From assembly GCA_023231475.1 (NCBI GenBank), contig JALJEE010002316.1:1-64000 (forward strand): 64,000 nucleotides of DNA. Direction: 5' to 3'. This DNA is from Seison nebaliae. Its lineage: Eukaryota. The position numbers were made by a program, and so were the translations under genes. Positions 27,813 to 39,437 of this stretch are shown piece by piece. Positions within the stretch are counted from its first letter, which is position 1. The number at the start of each line of letters is the position of its first letter. The notes under the pieces are model-generated. The model was given only the letters and a program-made list of their open reading frames with translations. It ran no database searches and had not been told where the DNA came from.

Positions 27813-28821
27813 TCAAAAAAGGAAAAATACTAACAGTTTATCTCCTCCATCAAGATTTTTCGTTTTCTTTCGTTTTTTGTCTCGTTGTTTCTCGTAAATG
27901 AGAATGACTGCACACAATATAATCACTTCCGCTACAATTCCGAGGAATGGCCAAAGTGCTGCCAATTTGCCTTTAACTCGAACAAAATAATGTAAAAATG
28001 GCACGTCGTCGGAAAGTGTCTCATTCCTCACACAACAAACATATGTTCCTCGATGTTCATTTTTCACTTCATTAATTTTTAATGAGCCCGATTTTCCGTC
28101 ATTGATTTTATCGACGGTAAATTCATCGGAATCTCCTAAACTCTTCGACGAATTGGAACATCGTGGTTCATCTAATTTCGAATCGAAAAAGACCCATTTC
28201 ACATTCTCCGGTTTATTACCATAAATATGACCACATGATAATTTCAATGACTCTCCCTCAATTGCCACGGTATCATCATTATATGATTTTGGAAAAGAAT
28301 TATGATTGGGAACTAAAACAAAATTTGTTTAATAAAAAAATTTATAATAAATTATAATAAATTATTTAAAAATAAAAAAATGAACCAATCGCTTGGAGGA
28401 ATTCTGATTGGGGCACTGTTGGTTCGGTGGAATTGCATATGAAATATTTTCCTGGATTAAAACCGAGTTCAGCTGAAGGAAAAAATATTTTGAAATTTTA
28501 CCAGAAAAGTTTTCTCACCTGTCCATTTGAAAGTATATTCGACGTTTTCTTTATTCTTTTGCACTTTAACTCCTTTTTTGTTTACAATACTTTCACAGTT
28601 CTTGTTCAATTTATTAGGACAGACATATAATTTTGCATATTTCGGATGCTAAATGAATTGAATTGATTCATCGAATAAATTGAATATCCACTAACTGTAC
28701 ATGAGACGATGTACTCTTTGCCGAATTCGATGGTTTCTGGTATATTTAGTGTAATTTGCTCGTCTGAAGCCCAAACGAGAATTAAGAGACAATTCAAATA
28801 AATGAATGATTTAAGATACAT
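27813..28821 (-). CDS. Basigin/neuroplastin-like Ig-domain membrane protein (last exon unresolved)
   Basis: Signal peptide, Ig motif RGTYVC, and TM LAALWPFLGIVAEVIILCAVILIYEK with the intramembrane Glu typical of basigin. Confidence 0.85.
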
Positions 28822-29721
28822 TCTAAATGGTCAATGAGAGAATTACGAATGTTATTAATGACAATTAATATAATCGACAAGAGAAAATAGTAATGACGAA
28901 TTTCCATTAGTTTTTCAAATATATACAAGTTTCGAATGGGAGAAATGTGTTTAGAGTTGAATTGGATTTCTTCTCTGTTTCCCCCAATCAACGAGGGAAA
29001 TGAACAAAATGAAAGATTTCTCTATTTACAATGTATAATATCTATTTATTTCACCTCCTAATAATCTCCTTTTATATGTATCATTTAATTGTATGATAAC
29101 AAAGCAAAATAAGATATGTCAATAAATGTTCCTAGTTAATAATTTCAGTAATTTTAAACGTTAAAAATGTTGGCTCATACAGACGATATGGCACATCTTC
29201 TGTTTCCTCTTTTTATCATCAATCAAAATTTGATGTTGGGCTTTTTATCGTCTAAAAATAAATAGAGTCATTATAAATTCATTTGTAATATTTGTTTGAA
29301 CGTTCGATGGGTCTCGAAGAGATATTTATGGGATTCCTCCACTCTTATCGGCGTTATGAAAACCGTACAAAAATTTCCTTATATATTTAATGTTCGACAT
29401 ATAATGAGCAAAAACAGAAGAAAAATCTGGATTTTTTTAGCTCATTTTATATCGATATAATAAGTAATTAAATAATTATTAACTCTAATTCTAAGTTACG
29501 TTAAACGATAAAAATTTCACAATGGTAAATTATGTGCTCTTAGTTTGCAACATCCATTTCTTGGTCACTATTATAATAAAAATAGATTAGATTTAATGTC
29601 TTTAATGTTAGATTTATATGTCGAAAAAATATAGATATTTTTATTAGATATCGGCGTTTTATTAAGTTAGTGGAATGGAGAAGTAGAATTTAAATAATTA
29701 ACAATTGAATAATGACAATAT

Positions 29722-30060
29722 TTTTTTTTATTTATAAATTCAAATCCCCTCGGAGCAAATTAAAAAGAAAATAGGAAAACTCACTGTACAAGTTATCTTT
29801 AATAAATTTCCTTCCAATCTCGATTTTATCCCGTAAATAAAACGGAGCACGAGAAGCGATATCGAAATTGGAGGTGATATGAACAGCTTCATCGAAAGTA
29901 TGAGGAACTTCAATAGAGAAATAAGAACAGAAAAACTTACTCGCAGTAAAAAAAGTAATACAATTTGTATACGACAGAGAAGATAATTCAGATTCTTCAA
30001 TAGAAAGAATTATCCTTAGATATCTCTGAACAATAAGAAGAGGAAAAAGTTTCAATCCGA
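29722..30060 (-). mobile_element. Short 5'-truncated non-LTR retrotransposon copy with A tail
   Basis: Translation KLFPLLIVQRY..FFCSYFSIEVP..FLFNLLRG aligns with C-terminus of 30697-31611; stop directly followed by ataaaaaaaaa. Confidence 0.75.
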
Positions 30061-30307
30061 TTCAATATTGATTTATATATTGGTGTTGTGTTTGAAGACT
30101 GATATTGGAAACCTAGAAATATTCTCATAAAGAAAACGACAAAATAATATTATTATTTTTTTTCGATTAAAAATTAACCAGTTTTAAATAGTTTAACAAA
30201 GATCTTAAAACAAATATTTTCATCTTTTATGATTCTTTTCCTTGACAAAATTTAAAAGTCATCGTAATTAAAGTTTGATTACTCGAAAAAATAATGAAAA
30301 AGATTAT

Positions 30308-30379
30308 CGACCTCGACGTGATTCGAACACGCAACCTTTCGATCTGGAGTCGAACGCGCTACCATTGCGCCACGAAGTC
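30308..30379 (-). tRNA. tRNA-Trp (CCA)
   Basis: GACTTCGTGGCGCAATGGTAGCGCGTTCGACTCCAGATCGAAAGGTTGCGTGTTCGAATCACGTCGAGGTCG; intact cloverleaf. Confidence 0.97.
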
Positions 30380-30689
30380 GTACAATTCTACAGAAATTTG
30401 TCCTTTTTATAAATTTTATGATTGTGTGAAAATTTTCAGTTGTGAAGATTTTCAGCTAATTTTTTAAAGTTCCTTTAACACTGTGTTTTTTATAAGGAAA
30501 TATCGATCGTAGGAAAATATTTTGCATATATTTAGAAAAAGCTTGAATAAAGCTAATTTTAGTTTTTCGAATAGAGCCAATATTATACCTAATTACATTG
30601 TGATAATTTTACTTCGATTTCTTCAAAAAAAATTATGGATAGACGATCCATTACTTCCTAAGGGTAATGCAAAAAACAGCAAAATACGG

Positions 30690-31612
30690 ATAAATTTCAA
30701 AATCGGGGTAAATTATAAAGGAAACGAGATAACTCATCAGATGAGTTATTGGAAATAAGTGATTTGTCCTGATCCACGTAGGTACGTAGAGAGTCAGGAA
30801 TGAAGGAATCGATATTAAAGTTGTTGATCATAGAGCGGGCGGTCTCCAGAGAAGTAGGTACCGTTAATGAATAATAAAGTGAAAAGAAGTTGATAGGAGA
30901 AGAGAATATCTCACATTGATTAAAAGATGGAATCGGAAAATCGGAAGAAGTTACGGATTCTAGTAATTTAACGTACCTAACTGCGAGAAGAAGTGGTAAG
31001 GGCTTCAACTCCGAGATAGAGAACATGAAGGCTCTGTTGAAAGGTTTACCACAACCGAGTAACATCCGTATTGTTCTGTTGTATGTTCGATCGAGAGATC
31101 GTAATGACTTATGAATTAACGATAATGAGGCAGCGAGACCATAGAAATCACAGCAAAAAGTTATGAACAATCGAAGTTTCAGCGAAATAGGAAAGAATTT
31201 GCAACGATGAAAGAAAGAATAGAACATCCGCAAAAATTTGCATCTAATGTATTCAGTCAATTTCGAAGACTTTTTTCTATTGTCCAACTGACAACCAAGA
31301 AATTCAATTTCTTTCGAAATTATTAAACTAAAATTACTACAAGAAGAAAGATTATGAATGTTCGTCAAAATTTTAGATTTAGATTCATTGATTTGAATCC
31401 AAATTGTTGCCAATCGAAATTTCACAATGTTGAGGATGTTGTGGCAATTTTTTGCAGAATTGCAGCAAATAACCATATCATCCGCGTAAGAGTATAGTAC
31501 CGGAAAAACAAGACTCCCAATTATGAAGGAATAATGATTATTTACATGACAGAGAATTTCAATAACTAATTTACCGAAAATCCAAGGAGCCAAAATGGAA
31601 CCTTGTCGCACT
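30690..31612 (-). mobile_element. 5'-truncated non-LTR retrotransposon with open RT C-terminal half
   Basis: RT motifs RQGSILAP, YSYADDMVI, INESKSK, IEFLGC in a 304-aa uninterrupted frame. Confidence 0.88.
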
Positions 31613-31714
31613 CAGAAAAACGAGAATTCCATTCAAAAAAAAAAATTAACTTAAAGAAAATATGTTTAAATCAATTTAGTAATTATACCCCTTTTTTATA
31701 CCATAACGTTTAAA

Positions 31715-31784
31715 TCACGGTTTAACGTGGTTAATACTTCCGCCTGTCAAGCAGGAAACATGGGTTTCAATCCCCGTCAAGGGG
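31715..31784 (+). pseudogene. Degenerate tRNA-Asp (GTC)
   Basis: gtggttaatacttccgcctgtcaagcaggaaacatgggtttcaatccccgtca aligns to the tRNA-Asp at 19572 but acceptor stem and T-loop are disrupted. Confidence 0.7.
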
Positions 31785-32179
31785 AAATTTTTTTCGAATC
31801 CAACGAGGAGTAGTAAAAGTTTAATAACAATAATCGGAAATAAATGAACTTCATATTAATTTTTGTTAATTTAAAAAAAATTAGATATAATTTTCTTGGC
31901 TTGTTCTTGAAAACAAAAATTTTGTTGGCAATTAAAAAAAAATAAGCAATTTTCTTTTAAGGATCATTCCTTCCTAAATTATCATAAATGTTCTTAATAT
32001 CTAATACATTTGTGATATGCTGGATTACTATCATTCTGACAAATTTTGAGGATTATTATGACGATAATAAAATGGTAATTATTTTACTTTATCTGAAATT
32101 AGTATAATTAAAAATAAATATTCTATGACTATTAATATTTATATAATCTAAAAATATTTTCTACTGATTATGTAAACAA

Positions 32180-34045
32180 GATCCAAATAAAGTCCTTGAA
32201 AACCAGTTGATTCATATTGGGACATTTCTGGGGGAAGTTAATATGAATTTAGAATGAGAGGAAAATTTATACTATTCTGGATCATCCAGTTTGAATTGAA
32301 TGTGTTCAACAACTGTCTGTTTGTGGTGGATGATAAGATAAAAATTAATGACACAAACGATTATAGATGTACATCGGATTTTTTGGTAGCCTATTATATG
32401 TTCCACTTTAATAATAATGGTACTGGTCAAAAATTGATGATGGATAATCTAGAATATCCGTCAAAATATTTTATTGGAAATACTGAGAAATATGAAGAAG
32501 TTTCATTATCGAAAATGAGTCTTATAAAAATGAATGAGAACATGTTGTTGAGATATAATGATACGAAAGCATCTAATTATTTAAATTCGTATTTTCTCGG
32601 ATGTTTTGACGAAGTTGAAATTTTATTAATCGAATTTCATTCTCGACGAATTCCATGAAATATAAATTAATTTTTAGAATACAACCATAAGTCCAATAGC
32701 ACTTGTTGATCGAGAGGTAATAGAGACAAGTGAAGATTTTGAAGAATTATGTCCCTGGATTTATCACATGGTATCTACTTTCGGTATACATATACCTTCA
32801 CATGCACCTAAAACTAAAGGTTTAAATCTCTCTAATATTTAGTAACTGAATAAAAGTTTTATTTAGCAATGTTAATCGGATATGCTTTCGTTTTTTTCAT
32901 TCATTTAACTGCTGCTGGTGGTCTGTTGTTTATGCCATGTCTGAAATTGAAAGCCTTCAGGAATCTTTTAAGTTTTATGGTCGGTATGGGAATGTCGATA
33001 TTAGCCGGTAACGCATTCCTAAATATGTTGCCAGATGTTAAAAATTGAATTTAAAGTATAAAAAAATAATTAAATTTTAGAGTTTCGGTATTGTTCGTCG
33101 AGAAGATGATTTGGAAACGATTTTCATTTGTCTAACGATTTGCATTACCGTTTTATTTTGTTTTATTATACAACGAATTCTTCGATTCCTCATAGTGAGA
33201 GATGAAGTTTCGTTTTGAAAATTATCTGAAATTTCAGGGTGATTTCAGAAATTAGTTAAACGTCAAACTGACAGATTGATGGAGAAGATTTATGGAAGAA
33301 TCAAAGTAGATAAGAATGTGGTGAGAAGAATACACGCCGATTCCAGCGGATGGATGAATGCCATGGATGATTTATGTGATGAAGAAGAAAAGAAACAAAA
33401 TAATTCCACAAAAAAATCGGGGGAAATTGATGAAAGGAAGAAATGTTGTAGTTTCATGAGAAATGAACGAAAAATTAAACCTGGAGCCTGGATCCTGATA
33501 TTTGGCGATGCTTTAAGTTACATTTCCTTTAACTTCCATTCTTTTTAAGGTTTTATTAGGTATCTTTGTTGATGGAATTGTTATTGGTGCTTCTATAAAT
33601 AAATCGATTGCTAAAGGATTGACCATAGCCATCGTGGTGATTAGTGAAGAGTTTCCTCATCGTTTAGGTGACTTTGCTGTCCTCCTCAAATGTCATATGA
33701 CTCCAATTCAAGCGATCATTTATTCCTATGTTTCTGCGTCGACAATATTTATTGGTTATACGATCGGATTCATTATCGGCTCACAAGATGATGTGGCGCG
33801 ATGGATTTTTGCTTTAGCAACGGGAAATTATTTATTTATCTCTTATGGGATTATGGTTAAATATTTGAAATTAAGTTATGATTATTATTAATAATCGTTT
33901 GAAGTTGCAAGAGATGAATGAAGAAATGAAGAGACGATCAATTAGTGGAATTCTTCGTTTGACATTACTTCACACTCTGGGAATGATATTCGGTTTGACG
34001 AGTGTGGTTCTTCTTCTAATTTATGGAGAGAGGATCAAATTGTAA
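32180..34045 (+). CDS. LIV-1 subfamily ZIP (SLC39A8/14-like) metal transporter, multi-exon; 5' end unresolved
   Basis: ELCPW ectodomain motif, GNAFLNMLP, AWILIFGDAL|SIFVDG, SEEFPHRLGDFAVLL, WIFALATGNYLFIS; GTT introns restore the frame. Confidence 0.8.
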
Positions 34046-34302
34046 TGTACAACCTGAAAATGATTTGAGAGAAAGATATTGTGTCTATAACTTTATTTAA
34101 ATTTTAACGCAATGTTCGAAAAATTGTAATTCTCACTCAATAATAATAAATATTTTAAAACCATTCGTGGTACCACTGCGGAATCGTAGATGTAAGAAAG
34201 ACTTTTGAAAACTGATTCGAGTGGGTGGACTGTTGTTGTTGTAAATGTTTGATTATACAAATGGCTTTCATCGATGTCGATTAACATTACACTAAATATC
34301 GA

Positions 34303-35586
34303 TTACGGATCTTGCACTACATCTTGGTTAATGAATTCATTGATTCTTGCGAAATATGCTAGCGACATGCTTAGTAGTATATGACGGTAACCGCTGAGAT
34401 ATAATGGTGCAACTCTATATTTCTCTGGAATCGCTTCCATTAAAGTTTTGGAATGATCAATCGGAATTAGTTTGTCTGCTGTTCCATGAAGGATGAGAAC
34501 AGGACATTCGACATTCTTAATCTATTAAATTGAAGAAATAATAGTTTAATCGAGAAAAGTTTCAAATTGAACTTTACTAATATTATCGAATGGACACATC
34601 CAGAGGAATCGATTAAAGGATGAAACAGTTCTTAACCCGGTAACGAAAGGAGATTCCAAAATAATTCCAGGAATATTTATTTTTTTATTTTTGCCTAAAT
34701 TATTCGCTAAATCTAAAACTGCGGCCGTTCCTATACTTTGACCGAATAAGATGATCTGCAACCGAATTGAAAATTCTTTTTTGGGTGTAAATTAAATTAA
34801 CTTTGTTTCCCGGTATTCTCAATGTATTCGTTAAGTATTGCCAGACAACATAAATATCCTCATAAAAGTTTTGCTCTGACGGTGATCCACTACTGTATCC
34901 GAATCCTCTATAATCAAACATGACGATATCAATATTCAATTGAGCGCTCAATTCACACATAGTCAATATTGTTCCTCCGATATCTGTCCCATTATAATGT
35001 GCGTTTAACAATACGTAATCAGATGTTCTTATTTTATCATCAACTGGTGGATTTTCACACACTTCACCTGACCTAATATACACTACTACGATGACGTCTT
35101 CATTTTTATGATAACATAATTCCATGACACATTTATATTCACCATACTTCTCCAGGGCTTGTTGGTCTTCTTCATCGTTAAGTTTTATCTGTATGGGAAA
35201 TAAGTCGTCATTTTTTGGTTCACCTTTCACTATATAATATGTGGCCGCTGGTGGACAGAAGGCGAATGAATTTACTATACTAGTCATACCTTCATAACTG
35301 CAACAGAAGCAACATAATTTACAACACGCTTCAATATTACCCATTTCTTGCTGGGACGTTCGATTACAGTTTCGGTATATCTCTTTACGTAATAGTTAGA
35401 GGAGAAGGGAAATAGAGGACTGTAACCAGGTAGTGCGTAACTAGGTTGCTCACGTATGAGGTCTTTGGTGGTCGTTGGACCAAATGTAATACCTTTTCTA
35501 ATCGTTTTGTCTTTCGCATCACGATTTAATATACCTGTAGCAGCAGCATTTTCTTCGATATTTTGTTCTTGTTCGTTGTCAGCCAT
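34303..35586 (-). CDS. ABHD17-like alpha/beta hydrolase (depalmitoylase), 4 exons
   Basis: Cys cluster CCKLCCFCC, FAFCPP, FDYRGFGYSSGSPSE, nucleophile GQSIG, VLILHGTADKLI; upstream exon joined through intron 35383-35426. Confidence 0.85.
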
Positions 35587-37690
35587 AACGAATCAATATC
35601 TAAAAAGAAACGGAATGTTAAGCGAATTATCTAAATGAGATAATATTATCAAACAATTTTAATTCAATTATTTAACGAAAATTTTTGCAACGTAATTTCA
35701 AACACTCGATGTATTACGTCAATGTTTTTCGAATTACTTTTCAACTTTTGTTGTGCTTTATCGACAAGACAATTTTACCTGAATAAATCGCGTACATTAT
35801 TTTCGTATGAGAATCTAATAAGTTGTAACTGTTTGATAAAGAGAGTAAGAAAGACTCGATGTTCGCAAGAGATTGACAGAGATAGAACAACTTACCATTG
35901 GAAAAAAGACAGATCAATTATTGGAGATGGAACATTAAACCAGAACTAACAGAAAACCAATCAGATTATTTGAAAAAAAGAAAAGGTAGAAATTAAATGA
36001 CCACAATCCTCTATGGACTACAAAGAAAAAAAAATAAATAAACGAACCAAACGAAACGAGAAAACTAAAAATGAAAATCTAAAACCTAAAGTTCTAATTG
36101 TTTTTTATTACTAGAATATATTAGTTCTTAAGTTTCATTTTCACAATATTCGACTTTCAACCAAAAATTCTTTTTTTCATTTTCTTAATATTCAACCACT
36201 AATCTCTATTAACATTAATTTCGAATGACTGAGCATATTTTATTTGTTGTTCAAATTCGAAAAAATTGTTTTTAATGCTACATATAATGTATTTCTTTTA
36301 AGAATAAGACCAAAACCAACAAAGTTTATCTATCTTATGTGGATGAGAAATATCGAATAATCATAACGGAATGTTTGATAAATGAACACAATATAATATG
36401 AATAAGAAGTTTTTAGATGACGATGTCATTGCTTGTTGTTCTACCTCAATCGTATGATATAGGCAGGAGGAAGATTTACATAAATTCAGACATCAACCGA
36501 TTGAGTGTACATTTAAATTAATAAGTATGTCCTTCATCTCAACTTACATTCCTCTTCACTTCTACTTATACTAATGGTCGAAATTTCGTGATTCATAGTG
36601 AAATAATTCAAATGAGGACTTTAGAGACACACACTTTGTACTTCAGTGGACTGCTTCATTTTTTTTAATCCGAAAATTGTCCAATTTACATTAATTTCAA
36701 AGATAATCATTTCTTATGCGCCCACATTTACCATACATTGTTCTATTACAACTGTAAGAGATCATGTTCCAAACAAAACCAATAATGTTGTTTTGTATCG
36801 TATCAATCAACTTTTGAAAATTATTTCATGATTAGAACGAAACATTAATTTCAAGTTACTTTCATGCATATTCACATTTTTTTATTTCCGCAAAACATAA
36901 AATGCATACATAATAGATAATGACATTCATATATCACAAAATGAAAAAAGTTATAGGAATAATAAACGTTTTTCCCTATATAAAGTTATATTATTATTAT
37001 TATTATTATTTCTTACCACAATGTGTGGTCGACAAATCTCATGAGGGATAAAGTTGAGAGAAAAAGATTAAATTTATTTAAATATAACTTTAAAAAAGAT
37101 TATATATCATCAATTTCGTTATTATCGATTATCTGCCCATTTTAGTATGAAATGAGCATTAAAAATATTTTTTCTCAGAAAAAAAATTGTTTTAGATATT
37201 AGGTATTATGTTTTAGCCTTTTCTCAAAATTCTTTATAAAGTGAGAAATGGTCAGTGATTCTATAATAACGAACGATAATGCTCACTTAACGATTAGGAA
37301 ATATTTTATTAAATCTCTTCGATTTGAAACAAATAGAAAATATTTAAAGGAAATATTTTTCTTAGACTAAATATGACCATCTCTCAAATGACGTTTTGAA
37401 GATCCGGTCAAGTAAGACTGATATACGAAGGGATTGGACGACATGTATCATCAAATAAACATTATTGATTAAGATCAATAAATTAACGCAAACATACTTA
37501 CCGTTGTCCAGTTTAGTAATAAACTGAAGAATTTCATTTTGAAAAAATGCCATGTAATTTCTCCGCAATAACTAAATTCTCATATTTTGAACTTCGATAT
37601 TATTGTGGATGAAGGAGAGATGATGCAAGTGACATATGGCAATAAGAAAAATTTTCAATTTTATTTACAACAGACAAATGATGAAAGAAA

Positions 37691-39320
37691 TTAGTGAAGT
37701 TGTTTAACTAGATCGATAATCTGTTCTATGAGAATGAATCCGAAAGAGACAATTCCATTCCCACCCTCCACATTACACAAGAGAGAAAGAGTAATATCGA
37801 TAGTTGAATGATCGAATTGAAGAGCATTTGGAATGATTAATAAGAGACTGGTCGAACCAACGGAACCGCCTGAATGGAAAATATAATTTTTCCCATTTTC
37901 CACACGATCGACAAACTTGTCATATTCCTTCGTGTCTAATTGACAGTTGTCCATCTTAATTCGAGGTGATGATGCCCATCCGAGACCATAATTCGTACGA
38001 AATTGATGTAACTAGAATAAATGATAAATAAAGGATAAATAAATGATAAAAAATGAACTGATGTTATTGGTTTCCATTCATTTAAAATTGAATTTTTTTT
38101 GAAAATTTGAGATTGTCTAATTCCCAATTTTCGGAATAATGGCGAAGAATTCAATGGGAATTGTTCCACATCTAATCGATTGGAGATGACGAGTAATAAG
38201 ATATCGGAGAAAGTCAATAAATCGTTCACATTCGAAACGATACCACCACCTGCCCATTTATTCGAATTGTTAATAGGAGGAGCATTCATGAAAACATTCT
38301 GACTATTCATTCTCCATCTCCTATTGCCATTGGGTAGATGTGGAATGAAAATGGATTTATATTGTTGAGGAACGTATTGATAATATTGCATTCGATTATC
38401 TTGCAGATAAAATGGATAATCGAACGATGTATATTTCATTTGTAACACATCGAATAATTCATTCATAATTAAATTGAAATAATCTTCTTTTTTCTTCTTT
38501 TTTTCTCCGCATTTTTCTAGTGAAATTCTGATCGCTTCATTTATGACTTGTGTGAGGAGTGTATAACCATAAGTCGAATAAGAACCTTCACCATCTTCCG
38601 ATTTTATTAGATCATCATTCTTGAATAATTCCAATGAATTTTTAGATTCATAAAATTGGCGATTCGAATAAAATTCATGTCGATGAATTAATTTCTCTAA
38701 TAATATCGATCGATCCTCTTCATTCTCTATTGTCTTCTCATCAGAAAATCGCTTGTAATGTCGAATTCCTCCCGTATGACTTAAAAGTTGACGGATCGTT
38801 ATATCTTTCTCTTTCTTCGGGAAAGTTTCTTCATCAATATATTTGTGAATTGAATCATCTAACGATAAGACTTCTCCTTCCTCCAATATGCCCAGAAGGA
38901 AAGCAGTTAATGGTTTGGATATACTGGCAATTCGACAGACATCTGATGACGAACAACGTTCGCCACTTTCCAAATTTTTGTAGCCACTTCCAAACGAATA
39001 ATGTTTCACAACTAAATGGAAATTAATAAATTTCAAATTAATTATATTAATAATTAATTAACTAGTTGTTGCATTCTCTCGTTTTTCATGTAAACTCACC
39101 CCACAACTAATTCCTGGAAATGATAATTTTGTCTAAAAAAATAAAATTTTCAAAATTTCCAAAAATTTCAAACTCGATTCAAATCCAATTGAGATTGAAT
39201 TAGACCTTTTAATTTTTTTTCATTTCTCTCTAATGATTTCTCTTCAAACCAGAATGGTAAAGTGGCACCAGCAAAAATGAAGGGGGAATTTAATTGGAAT
39301 AATTTCCAGAATTTTTTCAT
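37691..39320 (-). CDS. LACTB: Serine beta-lactamase-like protein LACTB, 4 exons
   Basis: RIASISK (SxxK), LLSHTGGIRHY, YSTYGY, KWAGGG, HSGGSVG; three GTT introns. Confidence 0.88.
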
Positions 39321-39437
39321 TTTCCATCAAAAACGGTTTTGATGAATTCTTCGAAAAAAGTGGAAACTACTTATATGAGATATTAATCTAATTGATGATG
39401 AAAAAAGAAAATAATATTGAGATGAGATTGTGTTAAT

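Noticed and set aside
34093..34302. In-frame ORF directly after the ABHD17-like stop, suggesting readthrough
   Set aside because: TAA-T is a poor readthrough context and the peptide has no recognisable features
37494..37600. atacttacc resembling the U1 snRNA 5' end
   Set aside because: No U1-70K loop, U1A loop (ATTGCAC) or U1-like stems follow
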